Source: Eledone cirrhosa
Taxonomy: Eukaryota
Length of the DNA: 64,000 nucleotides
Reading direction: 5' to 3'
Assembly (NCBI GenBank): GCA_964016885.1
Contig: OZ024741.1
Coordinates: 385,888,001 to 385,952,000 of the forward strand
Made by a program: the position numbers and the translations under genes. Under the pieces are notes generated by a model. That model saw only the letters and a list, made by a program, of their open reading frames with translations, was not told the DNA's origin and searched no databases. Of this stretch, positions 27,501 to 40,700 are shown piece by piece (the stretch's first letter is position 1; each line of letters begins with the position of its first letter).

Positions 27501-28259
27501 CTACAAACATCACAACCATCACAACCACCACCACCCATCCACTATCACCACCACCACCATGACTACCACCACTACCACCACCACCATTAGCACCATGACT
27601 ACTACCATCACCATCATGACTACAACCATTACTATCACAACCACCACCATCACCATGACTACTACCATCACAACAAACAAAAACAGTCAGAGCAACAATA
27701 GCACTTTTTAAAAAATGTGACATCAGTAAATGCAAATCTAACAACAACAACAACTGCAATAATAACAAAGACAAGACAATACTAGTAAATAACAATTAGA
27801 TTTTGAAAATCACCTTTAGCAATAGAGATTAATTAGTGTTTGCATAATTAGAACTACAGCAACAATAATAACAACAATACTGTTACCCATATTATGGTAA
27901 TAATTACAACTATAAAAACAACAATTGTTTTTGATTTAGGCACAAGGCCAACAAATGTTGAGAAGGAGGGAAAGTCCATTAAATCAACCCTAGTGTGTTA
28001 CTGGTACTTTATTTTATCGACTTCATAAAGATGAAAGGCAAAGCTAACCACGCTGGGATTTGAACTCAGAAAGTAAAAGGACATAACTATATGCAGCAAA
28101 GCATGTTGTCTGACGCTCTATTGAAACTGCCAATCCACTGTCCTTTAATTAGTCAAATTATGATATCTAATCAAATGCAGTCATCTGATATGTCTGGCCT
28201 CAGAATGTGACAACTCATCTCATGCAAGCATGAAGATTAGACATAGGTGATATATATCA

Positions 28260-28568
28260 ACATCATCATCATCACCATTTTATGTCCATTCTTCCACGCT
28301 AGCATGGGTTAGACAGGTTGTCCTGTTGTGGGCAATGCCAGGTCAGGTCACGATATCTTGCTCATACAGAACTGATTTTGGCTGGATGCCCTTCCTAACA
28401 CCAACCTCATTTACAGTGAGTACTGGGTGCTTTTTGTTGTGACACCCACACAACCACTTTACAGTGGGAGAGGGTGGGGGCATACTGTCTATATCCTTCA
28501 GCTTTGGCTTGTACCCGTGGGGAGTTGGGTCTTCTGTATTACTGTGTAATGCCAGAGGTCTCGGTCCT
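28260..28568 (-). mobile_element. Diverged RTE LINE 3' end (family B-like), antisense
   Basis: catcatcatcatcacc tail and reverse complement of the RTE 3' UTR and last codons. Abuts the 5' break of the family B element. Confidence 0.75.
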
Positions 28569-28571
28569 ATA

Positions 28572-31250
28572 TATCACAAAAGCCTTCCCTAGTGAGGAAT
28601 GTACATCCCAACATAGCTTAGTTGTCAGCGACCTCACGGTCAGAACTAGACGAGCCCTGAAACAGAGGCCAACCTGGAGAAGAAAGATCTGGAAGCTGAA
28701 AGTCCCCTCAACCAGTAACAGATTTAAAGATATTTTACTCAACGCCTACGACAGTAAAGAAGAACAGATAGAGACATTTAACGTAGAAGAGAACTGGGAG
28801 TTCCTAAAAAATAACTTACTAGAGGCGACGGATGAGGTTTGTGGCTGGAGTAAGACCTCAAGCAGGAGGAGAGTGACTTGGTGGTGGAACAATAAGGTAG
28901 ATGAAGCAGTCAAGGCCAAGAGACAGGCATGGAAAGAATGGAAGAACGGGGGGAGCAGGGTACATTACATAGAGACCAAGAGGGAAGCTAGGCGACAAGT
29001 ATACTTAGCTAGGAGGGAAGCAGAGGATAGAAAATTCAAGCATGTTTTACAACGTGAGGACCAGAAACAGGAGGTATTCAAGATTGCGAGGCAGTGTGTC
29101 AGAGATAGTTGTGATGTCATTGGAGAGAAGTGTATCCGGAATGATAAAGGTGAGCTTGCCCTCACAAGTGCTGAGAAGAAAGATGCATGGAAGAGTCATT
29201 ATGATAGATTACTAAATGAGGAGAATGCATGGGAAGAAGAGACCCTACCCCACGTAGACCCTATAGAGGGACCAGCAGTACAAGTCAGCGGCAGCGTAGT
29301 AAGTAAGGCAATCAGAGATATGAAGATAGGGAAGGCAACCGGTCCATCGGGTATAGCTGCCGAGATGCTGAAGGCATCTGGGTCTGTAGGTCACACTATA
29401 ACCACACGTATCGTTAACCAGGTAATACTAGAGGGGGCCATACCAAAAGATTGGTGCAGTAGCATCATTGTCAACTGCTACAAAGGTAAAGGCGATGCAC
29501 TAGATAGAGGAAACTATAGAGGTATAAAGTTGATGGACCAGGTCATGAAAGTAACAGAAAGAGTTATAGCACAGCTGATTAGGGACCGGGTGAATATAGA
29601 CGAGATGCAATTTGGGTTTGTACCAGGGAAAGGCACCACTGATGCGCTCTTCCTTGTGAGGCAATTACAGGAAAAGTACCTAGCTAAAAGTAAGCCACTC
29701 TACTTGGCATTTGTCGACCTTGAGAAAGCCTTTGACAGAGTTCCACGTGCAGTAATCTGGTGGGCTCTTAGAAAACTAGGAGTAGATGAATGGCTTGTGA
29801 AAGCGGTACAAGCCATGTATAGGGGAGCAGTCAGCAAAGTTAGGATTGGCAATGAGTATAGCGAGGAATTTAGCGTACAGGTTGGGGTCCACCAGGGCTC
29901 TGTTCTTAGCCCTCTCCTGTTCATCATAGTCCTGCAGGCAATAACGGAGGAGTTTAAGACCGGATGCCCATGGGAACTCCTGTATGCTGATGACCTCGCA
30001 CTCATAGCTGAATCTATGGTAGAACTAGAGAATAAATTCCAAACCTGGAAGCAGGGACTAGAGAGAAAGGGCCTCAAAGTCAACATGACAAAGACTAAGG
30101 TCCTTATAAGTAGACGAGAAAACAGAACCCAGATCCCCTCAGGGAAATGGCGTTGCTCAGTATGTAGGAAAGGTGTAGGTAGGAACTCCATTCTTTGCCC
30201 CAAATGCAAACAATGGGTACACAAGAGATGTAGCGGGATCTCAGGAAGCTTAATTAAGAATGTAGGATTCACATGCAGCAGCTGTGCTGAAACAGCAAGC
30301 AAACAGCCACAGGAAACAAGTACCACCAATCTCTGGGAGGGCCCTGTAGAAACAGTAGACAGCTTCTGCTACCTAGGTGACCGAATTAGCAACGGAGGTG
30401 GGTGCTCAGAAAGTACAATAACTAGGGTAAGAACGGGATGGAAGAAGTTTAGGGAACTACTACCACTGCTAGCTGCAAAAGGCTTCTCCCTCAGAATGAA
30501 AGGCAGACTGTATGATGCGTGTATCCGAACAGCGATGTTGCATGGTAGTGAGACCTGGGCGCTGAAGGTGGAAGACTTACGTAGATTAGAGAGAAACGAA
30601 GCCTGCATGCTCCGATGGATGTGTAACAGTAATATACGTGAACGACAAAGCATAAATGAATTGAGAGAGAGACTGAGCATAAGAGGAATCAAATGCTGCG
30701 TGCAGGAGAGGCGGTTACGCTGGTATGGACATGTGATGCGTATGAAGGATGACAGCTGCATAAAAAGGTGCAGAGCACTAGAAGTTGATGGAAACCGCGG
30801 AGTGGGGAGACCCAAGATGACTTGGGATGAGGTGATAAAAGCCGACCTTACCCAACTACACCTCTCAAAGTCAATGACACACGACCGTGACTTCTGGCGT
30901 CACGCAGTAATACAGGGTACCCGACCTCCCATGGGTACATGCTGAAGCATATAAACAATATGCCCCCCCCCCCCCCCCCACCGCAAGGTGGTCGTGGAGG
31001 TGCCACGGCAAAAAAGCACCCAGCCCACACTGTAAAGTGGACGTGTAGGCGCCACGAAAAAGCACCCAGCACTCACTGTAAATGAGGTTGGTGTTACGAA
31101 GGGCATCCAGCTGTAGAAATCAAGCCAGATCAGTTCCTGTATGAGCAAGGCATGGTCAGCCGACCAGACACTGCCCACAACAGGACAACCCGTCTAACCC
31201 ATGCTAGCGTGGAAGAACGGACGTAAAACGGTGATGATGATGATGATGAT
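28572..31250 (+). mobile_element. 5'-truncated RTE-clade LINE, family B (end of APE EN, RT, PHD finger, 3' UTR, (GAT)n tail)
   Basis: Open frame to 30945 with [35 protein letters not shown], a C4HC3 finger and RRLRWYGHV. Flanked by TA repeats. Confidence 0.95.
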
Positions 31251-31445
31251 ATATGATTTGGAAATATGGTTGTCCCTATGCAGATAATTATAATAATAGT
31301 TGATCACTATAAATCACTATAAATCCTAGTTGAAAACATCAAGTTGGATACCTCTGGAAACGAAAAAGGTGATTGACAGAGATGCTAAGCACCACACACA
31401 AACATATATATGTACATTCACACACATATATATATATATATACCT

Positions 31446-33148
31446 TGTGTGGGACTAGGGTGTCTGAAGTGCAGGGGAGGTTTTTCCGGAAGTGAGGGGC
31501 CTGTGATGTGACATCAGATTTCGCGGGCCTTTCACGCCCACTTTGGTCAGGACGTGCATGTTCATGAGTACTATGATTGTGTATGAGAAACTCCCTGTAT
31601 TTTTTGGCTGGACATAAAATAGATGAACATCTGCACAAGGAGATTCAGTCCAGACTCAAGTTGACAAACTGTGACAAACTGTTTTTGGCACTGTTTTTAT
31701 TATTATTATTTATTTTCTCCGATCTCTCAGATGATGTGGTGACAAAAATAAGAATAGTTAGTAATGCAGTCAAAGCCTTCAGCGGCAAGGGGGAAGTTAT
31801 CGCCTGGATTAGAAAGATGAAATTGGTCTCCACACTGCAAGGCATCAAAAATGCGGCTGGCTTCATGGCCCTGTATCCTGATGGTGAAGCATTAGCATTA
31901 TACCTCAAAATGCATCAGGTAGACCAATTGAAGGCAGAGAAGATAGAGCAACACTTTAAGGAAGCATTCACTGAGGTGCCTTATGCTGTTTTCGCCAAGC
32001 TAGGCAAAGTGAGATGGACGGGAGAGGAGGTGGACGTATTTGCAGCAGAAATCTGGAGTTTGGCTCCGCTAGCCAAATTCACAGAAGAGAATCACAAAAG
32101 GGCTGGGCAGATGGTGTTTGTGAACAGTTTCCCCAACAAAAAGTTAACTCCCGCCCCAAGCGATTGGCAATGGATACGACACACTACCAGCAGGGGATGT
32201 ATCTCTCAATGGTCAAATGCAACCCAGGATGGATGGCAATATGGCGGGAGATGAAAACGGAGAGTGCAAAGTAAATTGTACAGATGCTGAAAGAGATATT
32301 CTTGGAGTGGGGCCCTGTGGATGAACTGTTAATGGATAACAGCATAGCCTTTCGCTCAGAGGTGCTGAAGGAGATGCTCAATGGGTGGAATGTGAGTTAC
32401 TTCTTCAGAGTGGCATATAGACCAAGTGGAAATGGGATCGTGGAGAAACACCATTGCATGATCATGGCCATTGTGAAGAGGGGATATATTTTACCATTGG
32501 AGGTGGTTTTCTGGTACAACATGTCTTCTTGGGTGCGGCAGGCCGAGGAGTCGGTGCCATATAGGGTGATATATAGATATGAATGGCGACATTTGTGCAT
32601 GTTATTACAACAACTTGTGGAAGAGAGAGAATGCGTTCGTACAAGTAGGCGAAGATGTCAGGGTCAAGCCGCCGAATGCGCGTTGCACATCTCAATGAGG
32701 AAAGGTAACAGTAACAGCTGTAAATTCCTGAATCAACATGTCTGTGGACAGAATGTCACGTCATGTCTTGGATGTCCATAGAGTCATTGATTTGACAAAC
32801 TTTAGAGAAGAGAAGAATGAAAGTGCCACACCAACTGTGAGGGGATCACAACAGGAATGCCATTCACCCAGGTGGATGATGGACTTTGATATGGTGTGAT
32901 ATAATAGTGTGATTGATCCTTGAGATCGGGTGTGAGTGTGTGTAGGACTAGGGTGCCGAAAGTGCAGAGGATGTCTTGCCGGAAGTGAGGGGCCAGTGAC
33001 ATGACATCAGCAGTTCACGGGTCTTTCATGCTCTCTTTGGTCAGGAATCAGTACATGTATGTTCATGAGTGCTATGATTGTGTCTGAGAGACTCTATGTA
33101 TTTTTTGGCCAGGCATAAAACAGGTGAACATCCGCACTGGGAGATTCA
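31446..33148 (+). mobile_element. Internally deleted LTR retrotransposon (Gypsy-like) with ~200-bp LTRs, gag-like and integrase-like remnants, no RT
   Basis: Diverged direct repeats at 31446-31647 and 32939-33148 (tgtgt-ggactagggtg...gagattca). gag-like FSGKGEVIAWIRK..ALALYL; integrase core ELLMDNSIAFRS..AYRPSGNGIVEKHH. Confidence 0.82.
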
Positions 33149-33335
33149 ATGATATATAAATTTACATTCATATTCTTAATAAATACACATTTCACAAAAC
33201 ACACTGAATCTATCAAAGTTTTTCTTTCACCTCCTATAAAACTGATACACAGAAAATTCAATAGATACATATTGATTTCAAATCAGACTAAAATATTTTT
33301 GTTATCTTATTGATTGAATTTATTTATTTGAACAG

Positions 33336-33444
33336 ATTAAGAGAGATTAATATGAGTGAATATGATGCCGATATCTATGCCAATTTCTCCAATCCTGTCC
33401 GTCGCCAAGTGCAGTCACTCCGTGTCATACTTGATAGTCTCCAG
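33336..33444 (+). CDS. VWA8: VWA8 exon: LREINMSEYDADIYANFSNPVRRQVQSLRVILDSLQ
   Basis: aacag acceptor, gtaggt donor, phases 2 and 0. Matches VWA8 LKEIQMSEYDAxxYxRFSxxVRRQVxSLRIILDNLQ. Confidence 0.95.
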
Positions 33445-33666
33445 GTAGGTATGGCTTAAGAATTTATTGCAGTTGGTTTATGACACAGACATTTTATACA
33501 CTTAACATATCTTAACTGAAATATCATGTTGAAATATACTGGCCTAAACATTACTTTAGTTTGTTTTATTTGTTATCCTTTGCCCTTTATATATTTCTAC
33601 CATATTGTACTGGCATTCTAAAAGTTATGGGCCATTTACTACGCACACAATTTATATATATGTATT

Positions 33667-33860
33667 TACAAGATTTAATATAGAAATGGCTTCTACTAGA
33701 ACTGGTTCATTAAAAAAAAATCATGAGGAAGGCCCTGATGATTTCCTTTGAATGAAACAGTTCTAGTCATGTAGAAGCCATTTCTATATTAAATCTTGTA
33801 TATACTCTACTATGAATTGAGTACCTTATTTACTGTTGTTACCCCCAATTGAACCCAGGA
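33667..33860. repeat. Fold-back inverted repeat (33667-33800) with a degenerate CTGATGA..GAAA core; probable PLE pseudo-LTR remnant
   Basis: tacaagatttaatatagaaatggcttctac pairs with gtagaagccatttctatattaaatcttgta. Centre ctgatga-tttcctttgaat-gaaa. The adjacent gagtacctta-tt-ctgt-gttac-cc motif also appears reversed at about 13435-13465. Confidence 0.7.
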
Positions 33861-33904
33861 CTCACACACACACACATACATATATATATACACACATATA
33901 ATAT

Positions 33905-34230
33905 ATCATCATTCATCATTTCATTTTACGTCCACTTTTCCCTGCTTGCAAGGGTGGGACGGGAACTGATTCTGGCTTGATTTCTACAGCTGGATGCCCT
34001 TCCTAACACCAACCTCATTTACAGTGAGTGCTGGGTGCTTTTTTGCTGTGGCACCTACACGACCACTTTTCAGTGGAATGATAGGGACCCCAGTTCCTAT
34101 CATCTCATTTCTACAGCTGAGTAAACTGGAGAAATGTGAAATAAAGTGTCTTGCTCATGGAAACAAGACATTGAACTCACAACCTTTCGATTGCAAGGCC
34201 AATGCTCTAACGACTAAGCCATGTGCCTCC
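33905..34230 (-). mobile_element. tRNA/CORE-type SINE with RTE-derived tail (family 2)
   Basis: Reverse complement of 42892-43239. Confidence 0.88.
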
Positions 34231-34300
34231 ATATAATATATATATATATATTATATATATATATACATACACATATAATATATATATATATATATATATA

Positions 34301-35596
34301 CGAGGGGGGATCAAAAAGTTTGCGGAATTTTTCAGAAAATATTCTATTTTTCAAAAAATATGATTTACCTTCAATTTATTTTTCTACATAGTTGCCATCC
34401 AGGTCAATACACTTCACAAGGCGATGCTTCCAGCTTCGAGAGCCGTCTCTAAAGAAAGTTGAAGGCCTTGTTCGAAGCCATGTGTTGGCAGTGTTTTTAG
34501 CTTCTTCAACACCACTAAAACGGGTTCCTTTTAGCATTTCTTTGAGTTTTGGAAAGAGGAAAAAGTCTGATAGGGCTAAATCTGGACTATAAGGCGGGTG
34601 AGGAAGCACTTCCCATCGAAATTCTCGAAGAACTTCTTTTGCAACCCGCGCAGAATGCGCTGGTGCATTGTCATGGTCAAACAAGATCCCACCATGAAGT
34701 TTCCCTTTTCGTTTCTTGACTAATGCCTCTTTCAGTTTCCTTAAAACAATTGCATAGTAAGCTCCTGTCACAGTTCTTTGACCTTCAAGATAATCTATTA
34801 GTATCACCCCATCTGAATCCCAGAAAATGGTGGCCATCACTTTTTTATCCGACTTTTGAGATTTGAACTTGATTGGCCCCGATGATCCACGCAGAAGCCA
34901 CTGTTTTGACTGCTGTTTGGATTCAGGATCATACTGGTAGATCCAGGTTTCATCTCCGGTGATGATTCTGGTCAGGAAATGCTCTTCATCAACTTCAATT
35001 TTGTTTAATATCGCCAAAGACAGATCACTTCGAAGAATCAACGCTTTTGGGACCCATCGCACTGAAAGCTTGCTTAGTCCCAAATTATCGTGCAGAATTG
35101 AATTTGCCGAACCATATGAAATGTCGAGGGACTTAGCTAACTGATTAACTGTTATTCTTCGATCTTCTTCAATAAAAGTTTGAGCAGCCTCAACGTTTGG
35201 TCATTTTTTGATGTTCCCAGTCTTCCACTGCGATGTTCGTCTTCAAGGTCGTCTCTCCCTTGTTTGAATCGCTGAATCCACTTGTAGACAGCAGTTTTCT
35301 TTGGAGCAGTAGTACCGTAAACTTTAACTAAAGCCTCCATAATCTGTGTCCCTTTCCATTTGAGTTTCACCAGAAACTTGATATTCGATCTTATCTCAAA
35401 ATAACTATTTTCCATTGTTCCAAAAAGAGGTTTTTTAAAGTGTGTCTGTACTGTACAATAGTCCACGCATAACTGACTACAAGTGACTAATAGCAAGGTA
35501 AACACCCAGTGACAATGTTCTGACATGTTTAATATTGTTTTAACCTATTATTTTCTTACTACGATAAAATTCTGCGAACTTTTTGATCCCCCCTCA
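34301..35596 (-). mobile_element. Mariner (DD34D) DNA transposon, full length ~1.3 kb, frameshifted transposase (ATG 35415 to stop 34376)
   Basis: TIRs cgaggggggatcaaaaagtttgcggaatttt and aaaattctgcgaactttttgatcccccctca, TA on both sides. Motifs WVPK, TGDETW, HDNA, HPPYSPDLALSDF; N-terminal HTH region. Frameshift near 35190. Confidence 0.95.
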
Positions 35597-35701
35597 TATA
35601 TCATCATTTCATTTTACGTCTGCTTTTCCCTGCTTACAAGGGTGGGACGGGAACAGATTCTGGCTTGATTTCTACAGCTGGATGCCCTTCCTAACACCAA
35701 C

Positions 35702-35740
<39 letters not shown>

Positions 35741-36054
35741 TTCATCAATTTACGTCCGCTTTTCCCTGCTTGCAAGGGTGGGATGGGAACTGATTCTGGC
35801 TCGATTTCTACAGCTGGATGCCCTTCCTAACACCAACCTCATTTACAGTGAGTGCTGGGTGCTTTTTTGCCGTGGCACCTCCATGACCACTTTACAGTGG
35901 AATGATAGGGACCTCAATCCAATCATCTCATTTCTACAGCTGAGTAAACTGGAGCAATGTGAAATAAAGTGTCTTGCTCAAGGAAACAAGACATCACCCG
36001 GTCTGAGAATTGAACTCACAACCTTTCGATTGCAAGGCCAATGCTCTAACCACT
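35741..36054 (-). mobile_element. tRNA/CORE-type SINE family 2 (plus a partial tail copy at 35599-35706)
   Basis: Reverse complement of 42892-43239. Confidence 0.88.
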
Positions 36055-36070
36055 ATATATATTTATATAT

Positions 36071-36684
36071 ATCATCATCATCATCTCATCATCTATCCCA
36101 TAGTCTGGTGGGGCGCCACAGATGACCTGGCAACCAGCTCCTTCTATTCCTCTTACCTCTCCGCCCTCCTCATGGCTGCACGTAGCTTCATGCCTGTGCA
36201 TTTTGGGATATTGTCCTCCCATCTCTTTCTCTGTCTGCCTCTCTTCCTCCCTCCTTGTAATCTTCCCTGCAGGACAGTCTTGGCAAGCCCTCAAGATCTT
36301 GTCACATGCCTGTACCATCTCAATTTGCGTTTTTTTACAATGGTCGGTAGGTTTCCGTAGGGCCTGATGGCTTGCCAAGTTTTGTTTCACACCATTCCAT
36401 TGGAGATGTGGACTCTGTAGGTGAAGCCAAGGAGCTTTCTGAAGTATCTCATCTCCATAGCCTGTATCCTTCTTTCCAGATCTGCTGTCATTGTCCAAGA
36501 CTCACAGGCATACAAGAATATAGACATGACCAGAGACCACGTCAATCTGATCTTTGAGCTGAAGGCTATCTTCTTGTCATTCCAGATGATGGTCTTAAGT
36601 TTTGTAAGTGCTGCTGTGGTCTGGGTAGATCTAGTGAGTACTTCGGGTTTAGATCCTTCATCTGAAACGATTGCCCCCATCTAT
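36071..36684 (-). pseudogene. 3' fragment of a distinct BovB-like RTE LINE
   Basis: Minus-strand GAIVSDEGSKPEVL..KIRL..SLVMSIFLYACESWT..LERRIQAMEMR is a typical RTE C-terminus; (GAT)n tail at about 36071. Confidence 0.82.
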
Positions 36685-37360
36685 TTGAAGAGGGATGGGC
36701 TCCGCCAGGCTTAATATGCTCAAGAAACGGTGTATGCCTCTATGACTTTATCAAGAGTCACTTCCTCCTGATTTAGGTCTTTGATTACTGTGTTTATGTC
36801 AAATATGTCCCCTTATAAACGTAGCTTTTGTACACATCCATTCCAAACTACACACCTATGTCATCTGTGAACCTCTTGACTGTTTTCAAGAGCCCTTTCC
36901 GTTCTCCATTTTAAATCATCCATATAAAATACTTTACAGCATATAGTTATGTCCCTTTACATTCTGAGCTCAAACCCCACTGAGGTTAGCTTTGACTTTC
37001 ATTTGTATGGGGTCAATAAAATAAAGTACCAGTAATGCACTGTGGTTGATTTAATCATCTTTCCCCTCCCCCAAAATTGTTGATCTTGTGCCTAAATCAT
37101 AAACGATTATTATTGTTGTTATTGAGGGCAGTGGATTGGTAGTATCGGTGGGGGAGTGTTGGACAACAGGGTTTGTGCTATTTATGACTTTCTACCTTCT
37201 GAGTGCAAATCTGGCTGAGGTCAACTTTATCTTTTATCCTTCTGTGGTTGAAAAACTAAATTACCAGTAAATTAACTTTCCTCTTCCCCAAAATTGCTGG
37301 CCTCATGCTAATGTTAGAAATAATAATTATTGTTGTTGTTATATTGGTTCTGTTTTTCAG

Positions 37361-37486
37361 GCAAAAGGTAAGGAACGGCAATGGTTGAAAGACCAGCCTC
37401 AAGGAGATCTTGATGAAGCCAAATTGATTGAAGGAATCGCTGGTGAGAAATCAATTTATAAACGCCGTGGAGAGCAGGAACCTGAG
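37361..37486 (+). CDS. VWA8: VWA8 exon: AKGKERQWLKDQPQGDLDEAKLIEGIAGEKSIYKRRGEQEPE (last exon seen; vWA-domain exons lie beyond the window or in the gap)
   Basis: tttcag acceptor, gtaaga donor, 42 codons. Matches VWA8 AKGKERQWLRHQxxGELDDAKIIDGLTGEKxIYKRRGExEP. Confidence 0.96.
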
Positions 37487-37616
37487 GTAAGAAATAGAAA
37501 AGAGAAGAAAGAAAGAATGGGGCTATATGTTTTATCTAAGTTATACATTTGGTGCTGAATTGTACAGCTCTCTCTATCTCTATATATATATATGTGTGTG
37601 TGTATATATACATATA

Positions 37617-37655
<39 letters not shown>

Positions 37656-37794
37656 GTATATATATATATAGATTTATATATATATGTATATACACACACA
37701 CACACACACATATCATCATCATCGCTTAACGTCCATCTTCCACGCTTGCATGGGTATATATATAAATCTATATATACATATATATATATACATA

Positions 37795-40700
37795 CACCAA
37801 ATCTTGTATTTTTGTTTACGTTCGTTAAATACGAGGATCTCACTTAAACCTATTCTTCTCATATACAAATATTTAAATATATTTGTTATTTCAAACTCTT
37901 AACAATATTTTAAATATATTTGTTATTATTTCAAACTCTTAATTCCCGCTCCTTAATATCCTCTCCCCCTCCACCACACTCTACAACATGCGGTCAACCC
38001 CCCCCCCCCTCTCTCTCTCTATCCATATACATATATAAGATAAAGTAATTCACTTTCGCCAAATTTGTGACTGATTTTCCTTCAGGGTATAATGTAATGT
38101 ACTCATTTTTCTACCTTTTCTAACATCCGCTTAATTCCATAGTCCTTCCAAATCACATAGCATTTTTCTATCCTCTTTCCAATTCTTGTTTCACTAGCCA
38201 TCCCATCCTATTTCCTCTTGTATTTTCCAAAACAAATCTCTTGTATTTTTGTCATGCTTGTAAAATACGGAAGTTTTTGGCGTATTTTACTAAACAAGCC
38301 TTGTATTTTTGTTTACGTTCGTTAAATATGAGGATCTCACTTAAACCTATTCTTCTCGCTAACAACTCAACACCCCTCCCTCCCGCCCCCACGCACCACC
38401 ATTATTATTACGTGGACCAATCATAAGCCAGAGGCCTATACTATCGCTTACCTGGTCGCCTTCGATATGTAGGATGGAAGGACTACGGAGTTCCGGAGAG
38501 TTGAAGAGAGAAAAATCTGGACGCTCAGCGACAATGCCAAAGTTAAAGACAAACACACCTCGTGGACGAGAATGCGAGCATGCCTCTTTGTTTCGGCCGC
38601 GGATGGCTAACATAACCCCATCTCCCCCCGCTCCCCACCTTTCCCACCCCCCAAACGCAATCCAAAACTTCAGATTTGGTACCTTGAATGTAGGCACCTT
38701 AAAGGGTCGCTCTAACGAGGTTGTAGAAATGCTTGAACGTAAGGAGGTCGATGTTTGTTGTATTCAAGAGACCAGGTGGAGGGGTGGATCTGCTAGATTC
38801 ATTGTGGGTAGAAAACGATGCTATAAGCTTTTCTGGGTGGGAAATGACAATGGGCTGGGTGGAGTAGGAATCATGGTAGCAGAAAAGTGGGCAGATAAGA
38901 TAATAGACGTAAATAGAGTGAACGACAGAATAATTAAAATAAGACTTGTCCTCAATAGAACTACGGTGACAGTAATATCCGCGTACGCACCCCAATCCGG
39001 ACTGCCCAGCACTATAAAAGACAGATTCTATGAGACACTGATGCTCACTACCTCCCAAATAACCGACAGTGACTATATAATTATTGCAGGCGACCTAAAC
39101 GGTCACGTTGGACAACATTGTGACGGCTATGATGAAATCCATGGAGGCTATGGGTTTGGTACTAGAAATGAGGAAGGCTCCAGAATCCTGGAATTCTGCG
39201 ACGCAAATAACCTAACTATCTGCAACACTAACTTCAAAAAACGAGACAATCACTTGATCACCTACAGATCAGGGGAACATACCAGCCAGGTAGATTATAT
39301 CCTTACCAGAAGACGTGACAAAGTGACTGTTGTAAACACTAAATCCCTCCCCCATGAAGAATGCACCTCCCAACATAGACTGATAATTAGCGACCTAATA
39401 GTCAGGACGAGACGTACTAGACAACAGAAGAGGACTATCCTCAGGAGAAAAATATGGAAGCTAAAGGACCCCACAGCCAAAAATAAATTCCAAAGCATAT
39501 TACTTGATGCTTTCGACAGTAAGGAAGAGCAATTAGAGTCGTACAAGGTAGAGGAACAGTGGGAATTCCTGAAAGCAAACCTGCTGACGGCGGCAGACGA
39601 AGTCTGTGGCTGGAGCAGGCCTGTAGGCAGGAGGAGAGTAACATGGTGGTGGAACAGTAAGGTGGAGGGGTCAATTAAGGCCAAAAAGCAGGCTTGGAAA
39701 GTATGGCGGGATGGGGGAAGCAGAGAAGACTATCAAGTGGCCAGGAGGGAAGCTAGGAGACAAGTGTACTTCGCAAGAAGGGAAGCAGAGGAAAGAAAGT
39801 TCAAGCATGTTCTACAACGTGAGGACCAAAAACGTGAGGTGTTCAGGATTGCTAGGCAATGTGTCAAGGAAAACAGTGATATTGTCGGGGAGAAGTGTGT
39901 ACTTAACGATGACGGCGTACTTGCCATCACCGACGCCGATAAGAAGGTAGCTTGGAAGTGTCACTATGAAAGGCTACTAAATGAGGAGAATAAATGGGAG
40001 AAAGACAGTCTCCCCCACATCGACCCAATAGAAGGACCGGCAGTGTTAGTCGGAGGTAGTATAATAAGTAAGGCAATCAAAGATATGAAGACGGGCAAGG
40101 CGGCTGGGCCTTCGGAAATAGTTGCCGAGATGCTGAAGGCATCTGGTACGGTGGGACACACCATGGTCACCCGGATAGTCAACCAAGTCATACAGAATGG
40201 GGTTGTTCCGAAGGACTGGCGTAGCAGCATCATCGTTAACTGTTATAAGGGTAAAGGAGATGCCCTAGATAGGAGTAACTATAGAGGCATTAAATTAATC
40301 GACCAGGTCATGAAGGTCACGGAAAAAGTAATAGCGCAACTAATCAGAGAGCGAATTGATCTAGATGAAATGCAGTTCAGGTTTGTGTCAGGAAAAAGTA
40401 CCACAGACGCTCTTTTCATTGTACGGCAACTACAGGAGAAGTACCTAGCTAAAAGTAAACCCCTATACTTAGCTTTCGTCGACTTGGAGAAGGCCTTCGA
40501 CAGAGTCCCCCGTTCCATTATCTGGTGGGCTCTTAGAAAACTAGGTGTTGATGAATGGCTTGTGAGAGCTATACAAGCCATGTATAAAGAAACAGTCAGC
40601 AAGGTTAGAATTAACAACGAATATAGTGAAGAGTTTAGTGTAAAAGTTGGTGTTCATCAGGGCTCTGTTCTTAGCCCCCTACTATTTATTATTGCCCTCC

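Noticed and set aside
28474-28571. N-terminus of the 823-aa RTE ORF
   Set aside because: These codons come from an adjacent antisense RTE 3' fragment; the element itself is 5'-truncated.
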